Notes: generated from the sequence alone by a model not told the origin. A DNA stretch of 56,471 nucleotides, filler included, from Dugesia japonica (GCA_001938525.1; 5 parts of 5 records of this genome joined end to end with filler, not necessarily neighbours in it), one strand, 5' to 3'. Counted from the first letter of the whole stretch, positions 37,306 to 51,900 are shown. Made by a program: numbers and translations.

Positions 37306-37903
37306 AGTTATTGGAGTAAATCCTCAAATACACCCTTCACTATCGCTAGCAATTTCAAATGCACACACGCCACAAAAAAATTGAGAAGCACTGTGCTAAT
37401 TCATATTTTTTAATAAATAAATAAAAGAAATATACCAAATTAAAAATAAGAAAACGAGGGATACTAAAATAACACGAAAAATTACCTTTGTGGATTGATT
37501 TTGAAATGATCAATATTAATAGTAAAAGATCATATCTATAATTACCAAACTACCATTTTTATTTTTTTACCAACTTTCGATTTTATCTTCTTCAGGAATT
37601 GAAGAGGATAAAATCGAAAATTTGGAAAAAATAAAAAACATTTTTTTGAAACTTTTTTGATCTACACCTTTTAAAAATTTATTTCACAGATCAATGGTTA
37701 AAAAATTTTAAAAAGTGAATAATTACACAAAGTGTAATTTTCACAATAAACTAAATAATAATAATAATTTTTTTATCAATAGTTTGAATTAAAATAAAAA
37801 ATAAAATTCATTTAATTGTTAAAGATGAAAGAAATAAATTGTAAAATGAAAGTTTTCTAATGAAAATTGACAAATTATATATTAACATGAATTAATATTT
37901 TAT

Positions 37904-37905
<2 letters not shown>

Positions 37906-37951
<46 letters not shown>
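37906..37951. repeat. (AAT)n microsatellite
   Basis: About 15 perfect units. Confidence 0.95.
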
Positions 37952-38444
37952 TATTATTAAATTTCATTTCAGAAATAAAAATTTTTAAAATTTCATTTCA
38001 AAAATCTTATTATTTAAAAATTAACTTTTCCATTGATCTGTAAATTAAACAAATATTTGGAAAAACAAGTTTAATAAAATTTCTTTTTCAAGATATTTGA
38101 TTATTATTATTATTTATTAGTATTATTATTTCATTAAAATAAAGAACAAGCTTCGATCAAAATAAAATGTATTTGTAAAAAGTTCAAATTTTCGACAATA
38201 GNNNNNNNNNNNNNNNNNNNNNNNNNNNNNNNNNNNNNNNNNNNNTTAATTAATTAANNNNNNNNNNNNNNNNNNNNNNNNNNNNNNNNNNNNNNNNNNN
38301 NGTTGTATTTCTAACGATGTTGGAGTTTTCAAAATTATTCTTGGAAAGCATGTAATCTTCGATTGATAGATGATTTTTTGCATTGATTAGCTACATATTT
38401 TCGATTAATTCAGAAAAATTAATTTTATATTTTATAATTTTATA

Positions 38445-38680
38445 ATTACAATTATTGCGAGATTAATTAATGGACGTAACCGTTGATCATTTTTCATTAA
38501 AATAAAAGCTTCTATCAAAATATTTTTTGTTTTTGATAATATTTCTAATTTTCGACTTTGTCTTCGTCAGGAATTGACTTAATATTAATAGAATTAATAT
38601 TAATTCTAATTCGAAAATTAGAATTAATATCAAAAAGAACAAAAATAATTTTGATTGAAGCTTTTATTTAATAAAACTAG
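38445..38680. repeat. Foldback/MITE family copy (others at ~19830, 37575, 38130, 45610, 48085)
   Basis: Shared blocks aaaataaaagcttcgatcaaaat, ttcgactttgtcttcgtcaggaattgact and gatcaatggtt.tgtccaacaattatt. This copy has an internal inverted repeat. Confidence 0.7.
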
Positions 38681-39429
38681 ATTTACAGAAATGTAATTCG
38701 ATACTCGTTTTCAGAAAATATGTTTTTAGAAAACTCAAAATATTCACTTATCGATCAGTTAGTGATGATAAATAAATTTCCTGAAATAGAATATACTTTT
38801 TCACTAGGTATAGTTTTTTTACGCATCATACAGAAGACCTAAAGTTTTTGTTTTTAAATTCGTAAATGGAGAATTTTGCTTTAAGTGTTTTTAATTTGGT
38901 TTGTTTTCTTTTGGTTTCTCAAAAAACATATTTTACGATTTCTCCATGCTTTTTTGAAGGCTCTGGTTAACATACATCGTTGAAATCGGTTTCTATTTGT
39001 ATATGAAAAGTCGGATATATTCTGAATAGTATTTCTTCGCATAATTAATGGATTTTTCTCTTTGAAGCTTTTCGTTTTATCAGTTATTATTTTATAAAAT
39101 GCTATAAAATGAATATGAAGATTGCTCGCAGTTGATCTCTTGCAACTCAACATGTTGTAGGAATTTCAGCGTGCCTTGTCTTCTGCAACCTTTTTAAAAT
39201 TCCTCTAAATTTCTGATTAATTTCGCATATTCACTGTGTTCTGAAAAAAGATGGAACATCATTTCTTTGATAACTATTAAAAAAATTATTAAATAAAAAT
39301 TAAAATAATTGTCAAAATATACTTACATTTTAATATAGTATATTATACAGAACCTAGAAGTAACCTAACGCTAGTTATCATGCAATAGACAAAACTTATT
39401 ATTGAATTTATGACTACTGCTCGCCATCT

Positions 39430-40242
39430 TTCATTTCATGCACTTTCAAATTAGAAGAACGTGTTCATGCTGTTTAAAATTAATATTCATCTGTCCAGAG
39501 TTGTAAAGATGTTATTGATAATTGGAATAAATCATTTGATACAGCACTTCAGACAAATCGACAATCTACGAAGTAGTACAAAAATTCGAATGAACTGGCA
39601 GTGTTACCAACGCGGAAATTCTTATTTTCAATCTCTATTGGTCAGATTCAAATCCACATGAGCTATTGCAACATGAGCTTTATTTGACTGGTGTCACTGT
39701 TTGGGGTGGCATTTGTTCCACCGGATTAAGCTGCCCTTTTTCTTTCTATGACACAGGGACGTCTGAATAATATCCAAAAATGTTAAATGAAAAGTTGTGG
39801 CCGTTAATGTTTCAACGTGAAGATTTGGCCGATTTGTACTTTCTGCAGGTTGGCTTTCTGTACATTATGTTCTAATTGTTTGAAACTGTTTTGATGAACA
39901 TTTTCTGGGTAAATGGATAGGCTACCATTGATCCGTGGAATGGCCTGATAGGTCCTCAGACCTTCAGACTTCTTTCTCTGAGGAGTACTCTAAAATCAGG
40001 TGTGCAGCGCTAAACCAAAAACTAAATGATCTGAAACAAATAATCATTAATGCATGAAGAGATTATACCGGAGTTGTGCAGAAAAAGTAACTGATTCAAC
40101 CATAGAATTTTGTCGTAACTTATTTGTAAATAATGGTTTACATTTTGAACATTTGGTGTCACTTTTTTTATAAAATTTGTGTTCTATTTATTTGTAACTT
40201 TTAATATTAATTAGGGTTCGATTACTTCTGGGCTACTCTGTA
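39430..40242 (+). mobile_element. Tc1/mariner-superfamily transposase remnant with right TIR
   Basis: YWSDSNPH, VTVWGGI, LGKWIG, EWPDRSSDL..DFFL. Ends ...gggctactctgta. Confidence 0.75.
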
Positions 40243-41207
40243 TTTAATATTTTATTATATATTTTTTGCATCATTTAATTATTCATTATTGAAATATACC
40301 ATTAAAAGTTTTAATTTGAAAAAAATTAATTATAATTTTAAATTTTATAATTATAAATTTAACAAAAATTCACTTTAAGACAAAGTTCAAATAACTGCAT
40401 ACATTTAGGAAATAAACATTCAAAAGTCAAATATCGAAATCCAAGTTTTGCCAATTCATGACATATAGTCACTATTTTAAATTCGAGTATCTTATTTTCA
40501 ATACGGTCGTAATAATAAATATTTAAGTTATAAACTCGGTTTTCGTATGTCACGATTTTTTTCAAAAAACCGGTTTGTGACACTNNNNNNNNNNNNNNNN
40601 NNNNNNNNNNNNNNNNNNNNNNNNNNNNNNNNNNNNNNNNNNNNNNNNNNNNNNNNNNNNNNNNNNNNNNNNNNNNNNNNNNNNNNNNNNNNNNNNNNNN
40701 ATGCTTGAATTTATTCGGTACATTTGACTTTATGTTCGTATGGAATTTCGGATTAATTTCTTATAGGCTCTTCGTAGATAAAGGTTACTTCTTCTTTGCT
40801 AGCACTACTATTGTTGGAAATCTGTTTTCATTTACCATATGATCTAAGTAAATGCAACTTTATTTATTTATTTATGAACTCTGATTATCTCAAGCATTAG
40901 CTAGTATGATAAGTACAAGATCATTTAGAATGGCTTCCAATACTATTTTACGCTTAGTTCTTTTTTGTTTTGTATTTGTTTTGTATAATATTTCCCGTTC
41001 TTTTTGATCCTTATAATGGTGGCTTAATATCGAAAATATCTTTGGTATGTCATGCTTAAATTTGGTCGGAGTTAATCTAAAAATTTGCTTATTTAGTTTG
41101 ATGATAGTTTAAACAATTTGTGAATTATAGTCGTTCTTTTTTAAAACTTGAGTATCTTATTTTCAATACGATTTTAATAATAAATATTTAATAATCATTA
41201 TTTCAGA

Positions 41208-41840
41208 CCATAAAAAGCGAGTGAAAACAAACACTAATCAGCTAAATGAACTTATTAAACATTCTTTCACTGATTTAGAACCAAATGTGGAGTAAATTGT
41301 TAATTTGTTGATTTATGATAATGTATTGTTTAACAGGGAAAATGTTGAATTAAGTAATGATTCTACAGACAGTATTTTAAGTGATGTTAACAAAGAAATT
41401 GATTCCATTAAAATCAAACAAGTAGAAATTAATAATACAGTTAACGGTTTGACTGTAAGTTTTAATAATTCATTTATTTTTTCTTATATTTAAGGTGAAA
41501 TTTTTCCTTTGCAAGATAGTGAATATGAATATTTCATTTCTGCCAACAAAGAATTTGTGAAAAAAAATTCTAAAACTTTATATTGTGATAATGAATCAAA
41601 TCAATTTAAGTTAGTTTTATTTTTATTATTGAATTTGATATAGAATTTCTAATACGTTTTTTTAATTTATAGAAATTTTCAAATTTGTCTAATGATATTT
41701 TTAATGTACGTTTTCATATATTTAAAATGAATTCTTTCTATAGAAATACAAATGTAGTGGTTCTGGGATGTTTGATTATTCAAGGGTTACTTCAACTCGC
41801 AAATTTCACGTCATGTCACTTTATGACTATTTTCTAGGTG
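41208..41840 (+). CDS. Putative multi-exon host gene fragment, function unknown
   Basis: Several open segments separated by short GT...AG AT-rich intron-like gaps; no recognisable domain. Confidence 0.4.
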
Positions 41841-42867
41841 TGAAGAAATGAAACATTGCATCTTATGTAATTAACATTTGCATAGAATAGTTCATCTGGC
41901 TTTCACTTTTCGGATTTCTTTTAAATATTAAATTTACTCTGGTTTTTAAGATGCTTTATTTTCTTTCTTTAGTGTTTCAACACAATANNNNNNNNNNNNN
42001 NNNNNNNNNNNNNNNNNNNNNNNNNNTTTTTATGTATTTTTTGTACATTTTATTTTTAATAATTTTTACTGGTAATTATAATTAGTCATTTGGTATAGTT
42101 TGTAATAATGTATTTTTTTGGTATTTTTCATTTTTAAATATTTTAGTAATTCATTNNNNNNNNNNNNNNNNNNNNNNNNNNNNNNNNNNNNNNNNNNNNN
42201 NNNNNNNNNNNNNNNNNNNNNNNNNNNNNNNNNNNNNNNNNNNNNNNNNNNNNNNNNNNNNNNNNNNNNNNNNNNNNNNNNNNNNNNTTTTGTTGAAAAT
42301 TTTCTCACGTTGGTCTATTTTGGTCATTTTTGATAAGGAATTAGTTCACATTAGTCTATTCGGTTGATTTCGGTTGAATATTTTCTCATAATGGTCAGTT
42401 TTGGTCTAATTTAGGTGATTTGGTTTACATTTTCAAGTTTACAAAATTTACGGAAATTCGGGAAAAAGTACATTTTGTTTAAATATTTAAATAAATCAAT
42501 GCAATGCAGTGGGATTAATTTTGAAAAATAAAGTTTTCGAAAATTTTTTTCTTGTAACAAGAAACAATTGTTTTTTAGATAGAGAATTTTTCGCTGATCA
42601 TTATGGTCTTAATCTAAAATTGACAAATTTTATCCTGGATGAAATAAATGAAGCTTTATGTTAAAATATCGCAAATTTTGAATTTTGGCGATCAATTTCC
42701 TCAGTGTACATAACATGCATAACTTCAAATTTGGTATCATTGAACTCAGAATTAAAAACTGATTAGACAAAGTTAAATTACCGTCTCGGGAAAAATTGTA
42801 GTATCCAAGGAACCCCTTATTTTTGAAACAATAAAAAGTAACTCCAATTTGAATATCATCCAGATTA

Positions 42868-43180
42868 TTAGATAGAGAATTTTATGCCGAGTAACATGGT
42901 TAAAAATCGTCAATCACCGATGAAATAAAATGGGGAAAAAATAAATATTCAATCTCTTGATTTTAACCAACCGCTGATTAGTCATGAAATTTTGCATAGC
43001 TAGGTTTTTACAATTTTAATGTTATGAATTTAAATTTTCATGATACATTTATTTGCTGATTTTGAATTTTGGTGTGAGTTTCTAATATTAAGTATTTATT
43101 TTTTGATTCATTATATCAGAGATAAAGATTGACGATTTTTAACCATGTTATTCTTACTCAGCGTAAAATATTCTATCAAA
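42868..43180. repeat. MITE-like inverted repeat
   Basis: taacatggttaaaaatcgtcaatc vs gattgacgatttttaaccatgtta, with extended flanking complementarity. Confidence 0.65.
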
Positions 43181-43254
43181 TAGATACGCTGATGGTAAAA
43201 ATCGAGTGAATGTTAAAATAAATTTAAGATGATTACAAATGATTTATATTTATG

Positions 43255-43980
43255 AGAATCCTGCTGACTTTGATACAGTACAATTGAATCCAAATTCTAC
43301 TCTAGGAAGAAGCTCATATTAAGTTTTTTCCTCCTCTCCCGCTTTCATTGAAGTCACTATCAGGTCTCGAACTGTTCTGATTGCTCGTTCAACTAATCCA
43401 TCAGATTTATGTTCAAATGGAGACGTAAAAATTCATGAAATATTAAGCTTACTAACTAGATTTTGTAATAATTCTCCTTAAGATACGTTACCGTGGTCCT
43501 ACACGATTTTCTGTTGTTTTTTCAAATTTAAAAATCCAGTGGATTTTAGAGTGCTTTTTAAAGCGGTTTCATTTTGATTGTTTGACTAAGACTAATCATT
43601 TTACTACATTAATCGATAACAACAATCATTTATCTTTTATTTGATCTACCAATATCCATATATGCTTTATCCATAACGAGTTATTCTATAGGATTACTAA
43701 CTTCGCGCGGAATAAATTTCTCTTGAACCTTTTCACTACTTATTTTCCTGCGCATGCAAAATTGACATTGTCATATTATTTTTTGAATCTCTTTTCATAT
43801 TTATCCATATGAAATAATCTGATACATATTTTAGTTTATTTTCTTCCAACATGACATAAATCCTTGTGTACTTAATTAACAAAGTCGTTTATTTTATTTG
43901 GTGGTAATGCAAGTGTTTCAAGTGTTTGCTGTAAAATGATTCGTTTAGATCTTTAAGAATCTCTTTGTCTTCTCCAGAGA
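43255..43980 (-). pseudogene. Gypsy integrase remnant
   Basis: LCHVG...CQFC, SPFEHKSDGLVERAIRTVRD, LLPRVEFGFN. Confidence 0.8.
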
Positions 43981-44119
43981 AGTACTTTTCACTTTAATGA
44001 TTAACTTAAATTCATTGCTCTTAAATTGGTTTATAAGGAAATAATTATTAATTAATTATTTCTGCCAATAGAAAGCGATTAAATTGAATATTAATATTTT
44101 ATTAGTATAATTTAATTGA

Positions 44120-45520
44120 GACATTAATAGATCGAATAGAGAAAAGCAGAGATCAAGTTGATGCAGTTAGAAGTTACGCCAGAATTGCAAGTCGAAATTA
44201 TCAGAAGCCTGTAAATCATACAGTGAGTAGACATCTGGATCAAAGAAAGGAAAAACGAAATATCGAATGTTGGTTATATCATAAGATCGGTCATACTAAA
44301 GTAAATTGCCCGACAAAAATATAAGTCGAGATTGTAGAGATTAAAAACCAACATTTGGTTGTGGGAAGGCTGGCTATATTAGAAGGTTGTGTCAAAAAGT
44401 AACGTGTAAACGATGCGGAAATGGTGGAAATCGGGCAAAATAGTGCTACACAAAATTGAAAATGAAAAGAAACCAATTACGTCACAATTCCAGACATGGA
44501 TTAATTATCTNAGTAGTTTAGACATGGTTTTGAAATATAGAAAAAGAATTTAATATGGTAATGTAGATATGTTATCTAGACCAAGATGTGAAGTATCTGT
44601 ATTTTATTAATTTATTCTAAAATATCACATGAAGATGTCAAGAAAGAGAAGATTAAAACATGAGTACTGAAGACAATTGAAAACGAAAAAAGGATCAACC
44701 AAACCTTTCTAAAGAAAATGATATCAAAAAAATTAAAATTGCGGATGTCAAAATACATTAAGCAATAAAGAAATACACAAATTATTATGTCATGCAGGAG
44801 TTGAGAAAGTCTATCAATATATGAAAAACAAATACATTGCGAAGACTTTGTGGAGATAGTTCGTAGAACTGTTCTACTGTTCGTAGAACAGAAGATAGTT
44901 CGTAGCTGTGCAATTTGTCAGAAGACAAAAGTAGTGACAACAATAACTAAAGATAAAACAAAGATATTAGAAGCTATCAATTTGTTTGGAGTTATATCCA
45001 CATATATATGTAGACTAATAACCGAAACAAGTTGTCGGAAAAATAGATTCTTGGAATTATCGACTAGTACAGTAAATATCTAGTTCTTATAGGATTGCTT
45101 AGACAAAACGAAGTGTATATTAAGATTTGGATGTCAAATAAAAATAAGGTTAGATTGTGGAAAAGCCTTTAAATCCGTTGTTATGAGAATCCATTGTTAT
45201 TGTTTCTGTACAAACGTACAGAAGCTAGATATTAAACCTTGCTTTTGGAGTCCCTATCATCACAATGCGAACGGATAAATTGAGAGANAGTTNAGGATAA
45301 TTCGAGATTTAATTAATGCGACACTTCAGGAGAGGAAGACAACAGTTTGGACAGATCTTTNACCGCAAATAGAATTTGCGATGAATGCAACAAAGCAGAA
45401 GACGACTGGAAAGAGCCCGGCTAAGATCGTATTTCGAAAGAAAATTAGCAGAGAAAAGTAGTAGCAGTCAGAAGCTTTAGAGAGAAATAAGGAAAAATTA
45501 GTAATTAGAAATCAAAGTGG
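44120..45520 (+). mobile_element. Gypsy remnant (gag knuckle, RNaseH end, integrase)
   Basis: Degenerate C..HKIGHTKVNC, DMLSRP, LCHAG..SCAICQK, SPYHHNANG, PQIEFAMNAT...TGKSP. Confidence 0.8.
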
Positions 45521-46269
45521 AAAACTTAGAAAGTTTCTTAAGATGGGGGATATACGGAAACAATTAATAATTCCAGCCAATAGAAAGTGATTAAATTGAA
45601 TACTAATATTTTTATAATTGCAATTATTGTGAGAATAATTGTTGGACTTAACATTGATTTGAGATTTCATTAAAATAAAGAAAAAGTTTCGATCCAAATA
45701 AAATCTATTTGTAAAGATATTCAAATTTTCGACACTTGTCTTCTTCTGATGGGTTCAAATTGACTATCGATCATTGCTACAAATTCTTAATCTTTTATCG
45801 AGATTTTATTGGTCTATTAAATTATAATTTTTTTTAAAATTAAGTCTACAAAATTCTTTTCAATTAAATTTACATAAAAATTTCCTAAATGTTTTTTTTA
45901 AAAAAAATTTTGAACAAATATAATGCATTAAAATGTTGTATTAAAGTGTTGTATTAAAATATTTAGATATGTATTTTATTAATAATAAAATTTTACTCTA
46001 ATTTTTTTACTAATTTTTTANNNNNNNNNNNNNNNNNNNNNNNNNNNNNNNNNNNNNNNNNNNNNNNNNNNNNNNNNNNNNNNNNNNNNNNNNNNNNNNN
46101 NNNNNNNNNNNNNNNNNNNNNNNNNNNNNTAAAATATTTGAAATTTTAATTATTGAAAAAAAATTTTAGCAAATATTTGAAAAAAACATTTTTTAATTAT
46201 TGTAATTATTGAAAATTTTTCTGAAAATTTTTAAATATTGTAATTGTTAAAAATCACGTTAATCTCAAA

Positions 46270-47908
46270 TTTCTCCCCTATAATTAATATTTGTTCATGT
46301 TTTTTTCTGTGAAGTGTAGAAATGTAGCCTGTTCCTAAAGTTTTACAGGTAATATGATGATTTTCTGGTAAAACATTATGTTTGTTTTGAAAGTGTTTGA
46401 AAAGTTCACTTTCTTTCGGTTTGATAGTTCTTTAATTACGGATGGTTCTGCATGATTCTCCTATATATGTATCCTTACATAAGGTGCATGTTATTTAGTA
46501 AGTGATATTTTTTTATTGCATATATTTATCATCACATATCCATTTCGGACCACAAAAATTTTGTCTTGGTTTCTGTAATTGGATACCCAAAGGTGCTTGC
46601 GTTTTAAATATAATTCTTGGATTGTGTTTGAGTTTCGATTTTTTTATTGTATTTTGCATGATTTGTCTACATTTCTCATTAATAAAGGATAATTTGATTA
46701 CTGTGTCTTTAGTTGGATTTTATTAAATTTTGTATTCGAGAATAAATATTTAGATACAATTCTATTTGGATAACCATTATTTAGAAATTTATTTTTTATC
46801 AACTTGAAGGAAGCCAATCTCATTTCTTCATTTGAAAATAGTCTTTCAGCTCTTATTCTTTTACCCTTGATTATTTCAATTTTTTTTCTGATGGTAGTAT
46901 TACTACTCCAGGGCATATGTCCACTGTGAAATGGTTTCATATATAACTGGGTAATTATTAATTCACCAGGTTTCTTTTGGATTAAGGTGTCCAGAAAAAG
47001 AATCTAAAAGTCGATTGACTTCTCTAAAGTAAATTTGATGTTATCATTAATACTATTGGCTAGTTCTAAAATATTTTCTAACTGAGAATTAGTAACAAAG
47101 AAAATATCGTCTATATATCTGAACCAAAGCTTATCAGCTTTGAGAATAATTTTATTTTCAATGAAGTTCATAAAAATTATCGCTAAAATAGAAGATAAAT
47201 TGTTACCCATTGCTAGACCACTTTTCTTGTTTAAAAAGTGATTCACGGATAAAAATGCTGTCAGAGAATAGACACAAATTGATAAGACATCTGAAATCAT
47301 TTTTGGTGATCTCCGGAATATCTGTATGTTCTTTGTATCTTTCAAAGAAATCACTTGTAATATCGATGACATTTTCAGGCCATTTAATGGGAATTGATCC
47401 ACAAAGATTTGTTATATCTAATGAACCAAATCGACCATCGCTCTCCCAGTCATAATTCTTAATTCGTTCAACAAACTTATAATTATTTCTCAAATGTGCT
47501 GGAACAAAGCTTAAGAGTGGTCTCAAATAATCTGCCATAAGTTTGCATAATGAAGTAGATGGTGTATCAGAAGCATTGATAATATGTCTTCCTTTCATTG
47601 TTGTTTTATGGTCTTTAAGAACACAGTACATATATGGTGGAACTGGTTCATGACATTTAAATAAAGATTTTATTCGGTCTTCATATTTCTCTGCAATTTT
47701 AATCAATTCTTTAATAAATTTACTCTCTTCAGTAATTGGTAGTCTTTTATGGATGATGATCTCATAATTTTTCAGTTCAGAGAAGAATCCTTGTATGTTT
47801 TGTTCAGGTAAAGCTACCAATTTATTTGTTTTGTCAGTTGGAGTGATGATAATTGATTTCAAATTCTTTATTTCTTTAGTAATTTCGTTCTCAATATTCT
47901 TAGATTTN
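46270..47908 (-). mobile_element. Penelope-like retroelement (RT + GIY-YIG endonuclease), decayed
   Basis: TDKTN, LKDHK...RHII, SLDITNL, GLAMGNNLS, FRYIDD, NGYP, then KNITY.ITCTLCKDTYIGES. Confidence 0.9.
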
Positions 47909-48597
47909 NNNNNNNNNNNNNNNNNNNNNNNNNNNNNNNNNNNNNNNNNNNTTAATTAATTAANNNNNNNNNNNNNNNNNNNNNNNNNNNNNNNNNNNNN
48001 NNNNNNNATTTGTTTTTTTACACATCGATTGGGTTCTGTCCCAACAATAGAATAATTTTTTAAAATAAATATCATTGAATAATTATTTCATTTAAAATAA
48101 AAGCTTCGATCGAAATTTGTTTTTTTGTGGTTTTTTGAGATTAATTCAATATTTCGACTTTGTCTATGTGAGGAATTGACTTTTTTATCTAAGCTTTTAT
48201 TCTAAATGAATTCTGAAAAACGATCAATGGTTATGTCCTACAATTATTTTCGCAATAATTTCAATTGTAAAAGAATAATTATTTATTTGAAAATATTTAA
48301 ATTTATAATTAATTTAAATCAGTGTTGTTTAAACATTTGCTTGACACACCATTGAAAAAATTAAATTAAAATTTAATTTTGTTCGGAATAAAAAAACGTA
48401 AAACTTTTATTTTCAAATGATTTTTTATTACAAACAAATTGCGCTGAACTTATGAAAATGATATTAGTCAAATTAAAGTTTACAATGTGGGTTACAAAAA
48501 AATTTGTAAAAAATTACTTGGACAACATATATTTAAACAAACATCTTTCTAATTTATTATTTTAAAAGCATTTGACCTTCATTAAAATCTTTATCAG

Positions 48598-48928
48598 CAT
48601 GAAATAAAATATCCAAAAGAATCTGAATTATCCAATGTTGTGTTAACTGAACTTAGTAAAGTTGATCAAAATCTAGAAATGGAAAATATTTGTGCAATAT
48701 GTATGCCTGATGAGATTTGTCGATGTACACTTAAACTTGATATAAATCGGTTTATGAAAATACAAAAACCAGTTGCAAGTAAAATAAAACATTATCAAGA
48801 TTTTTCTCCTGATAATATTCGATCTAAAAAATCTCATTTAAAAAGTCCAAAAGATAAATTATTGAAATCACCAATTCCATCAAAATCAAATAAAGAATTT
48901 TGTGTTTCATTTTGGTTTCAATTTTTTG
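48598..48928 (+). CDS. Putative host exon, unknown protein
   Basis: About 110-codon open stretch with an upstream cag acceptor and a gtaag donor at 48929. Confidence 0.35.
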
Positions 48929-51900
48929 GTAAGTTGTTTTTTTATTTTTAAATAAAAATAATTCAAATAACTAAAATCTTTCTGGACTTGAAATACAAAA
49001 ACTTAAAATAGAAATTATTTCTCTTTAAAAGTTTTAGATATTTAGTTCGATTCCAAATTTTAGAAAAATAACTTAAATTAAATAAAATAAATTACTATAT
49101 TTATTTAATAATTATTAAGTTATTTAATTTTAATTTGGTATTACACTGAATTACTGGTCGTATTTTTAGGTTTTCAATAAAAGTAAAATGCATGAATCTA
49201 AATTTAAAGTTTTCTAACGAGTAAGCTCTCGTTTAAAATTAAACATTAAACCTTCATGTTTATTTTTTAAAAATGTTTTAAAATTTCAATTTTACAACTT
49301 TAATAAAATAAAATTTAATAAAAATTAATAAAATAAAAANNNNNNNNNNNNNAAAATAAAATAAAATAAAATAGATAAGAATTATAGAAATCAAACGTTT
49401 ATTTACTTTTTAAAAACTTTTTATTTTCCATAATTAAGGTCGATTGAAAGTTCTTGTCATTATTTAAACCAAATATAATCGTTCATCTTAGTATTTTGGA
49501 AATTCCCACCACTCATTACATAAAATCCTGGACTCGTAACCACTAATTTTATGTTTTTTATTTCAAATTAAAATTTTATAAAGATTTTAACAAAAATGTT
49601 ATTTCAAAAAATTTTTTAACAAGCAAATGTCAAAGTTGCTGTTCTTTTATTTTCAATATTTCGGCATAGCCTTCTTCAGAAACTAGATACTTGATATTTG
49701 ATAGCAAAATAATATTAAATAAAAAATGTAATTTATTTAACAAATGTTAACTATTCATTTACATTATGAATAAGTTAAATTTCAAATTTAAACTAAAAAA
49801 AATGTATACACTTTTAAAGTAGATAATTCAAATTATTCGAATTATTGAATTTCTCGAATAGTCGAGTACTCTAAAATAAACACGATCGAGTAATGAGCAG
49901 CTCGAACTTATCTCTTTAATAATTCTCTTTTGAATTTTGAACAATATTCATGGAAATTTAATTTTCTCTGTTTGCGATCAGAAAGGACAGTCATGAAGTG
50001 GTTCATGTCATTTTAGAAAAACATAAAAATTTAAAAAACTAAGTGAAAAACTGATTTCAAATTGGAATTAATTTTTAATTCAAAATGAAAGACAGTTTTT
50101 TTACTGATTAATATAAATTAAATTTTCTCATTGATCTGAATGGTTACACAGAAAAACGTCATATCGATTTACAAATAAGTCGGAAGCAGAATTGAAAATC
50201 TTCACAATGCAAACAATGAAGTGAAACCTTAATATTTGATAGATTTAACCAACAAAGAAATACTGAAAGCATTCTACATTTTGAACAAAGAAAGTTTATA
50301 AATAAATTTTAACAAATCTTTCAATTTTGTGATCTAAAAATTCATATTTATTAATATCTTTTGTTTTAATTTACTTNNNNNNNNNNNNNNNNNNNNNNNN
50401 NNNNNNNNNNNNNNNNNNNNNNNNNNNNNNNNNNNNNNNNNNNNNNNNNNNNNNNNNNNNNNNNNNNNNNNNNNNNNNNNNNNNNNNNNNNNNNNNNNAT
50501 CACTAAGAAATATTAGTCGCTTATAAACTACTTACAAATAGTAAGTAGCTAAGTTAAATTAAAAAATGATTATGAAATTTTTGTATGACTCATCATTTTT
50601 TGTAACAAAGAAATAAGTCATGTTGATGAGTCATCGCAAATTTAAACAAAGACCATGACTCATCATGATAAGGCATCGGTCATGTAGAACAAAGACATTG
50701 ACTCATCGGATAAAAAAAATTTTTTTAATTATTTTTTATTTTGGTTAGTTTAAGGTTAAATACGAGGCTAAATTTTAAAAAAATGAAAATTTAATTTGAA
50801 TTTAGCTTTCTTAATTATGAAAACACAGTGGAAGTGTAAAAACGATTTAGATGTCAATTTAAAAGTGGTTTATTTAGTGGCTTTATCTTCGTAAAAATTA
50901 GAAAATTATTCGAAGCGAAAGAAACTATATCGACTGAAAAAATTATTATCTTAAATTTATATAAAAGTATGTGAACTATAAAAGAAGTTATCATTACTCT
51001 AACGATTAACGTTACGCCAGTTCAAGTCAGATATGACTGTAATGAGTGATGGCATGAATTACTAAAATCTAATATATTTTACATAACACTTCTGTGACGA
51101 CAGACTTTCATAGACTTCAAAGTGAGAGTTATACATGAGATCCAAGATATCTAAGATATAAAGACAATTATATTGATATATCATCGGCATGAGTTATCTA
51201 TTAGGCCTGAGGGTAAATGTTAAAATTTCAAATTTTTTACGAAGTTAAGCAACAACGATGTTTTAAATTTCGTTCATTAATAGATCGTTCCAGCTTACGT
51301 TGATCATTTTTTTCTGATTAATTTAACGCAAAAGAGCTAATAAAGATATAATTTAGCGATTTATTCCCAATTTATTTGGAATAAAATATATATTGAGGTG
51401 TAATAAATTAACTTTTCTAATAATAAATTTGAATCTAATTTCCTATTTACTTCCTTTAAAGTTATGGATCTTTCCTTAAACTTTTAAACAAATTTTTGAG
51501 TTCCTTGAGAATTTCTATTGNNNNNNNNNNNNNNNNNNNNNNNNNNNNNNNNNNNNNNNNNNNNNNTAATAATAATAATAATATTTATAATAGTTTTTAT
51601 TGTTAATGATCCCCATAGTGTCTTATAAAGCTCTATTGAAGTAAATTTTTTGCTGAAAATTTTCAAGATTTTAATTATTAAAAATGATTTAAATGAGTCA
51701 ACCAATAAGTGTTTTACATAACAATTTTAATGGTTTCAAAAAGTATTCTTAAATAAAAAATGTTGACAAATCAATAACGTATTATTTGATATACTGTTTG
51801 TATGCTGAAAATATTTNNNNNNNNNNNNNNNNNNNNNNNNNNNNNNNNNNNNNNNNNNNNNNNNNNNNNNNNNNNNNNNNNNNNNNNNNNNNNNNNNNNN

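Noticed and set aside
38881-39270. Possible coding fragment (also 26800-27030 and 40720-41090)
   Set aside because: No motif I could recognise in any frame.
17795-47963. Recurrent ttaattaattaa flanked by N runs (17795, 26381, 38246, 47952)
   Set aside because: Scaffolding spacer inserted by the assembly pipeline (stops in all frames), not biological. Adjacency across these joins is uncertain.
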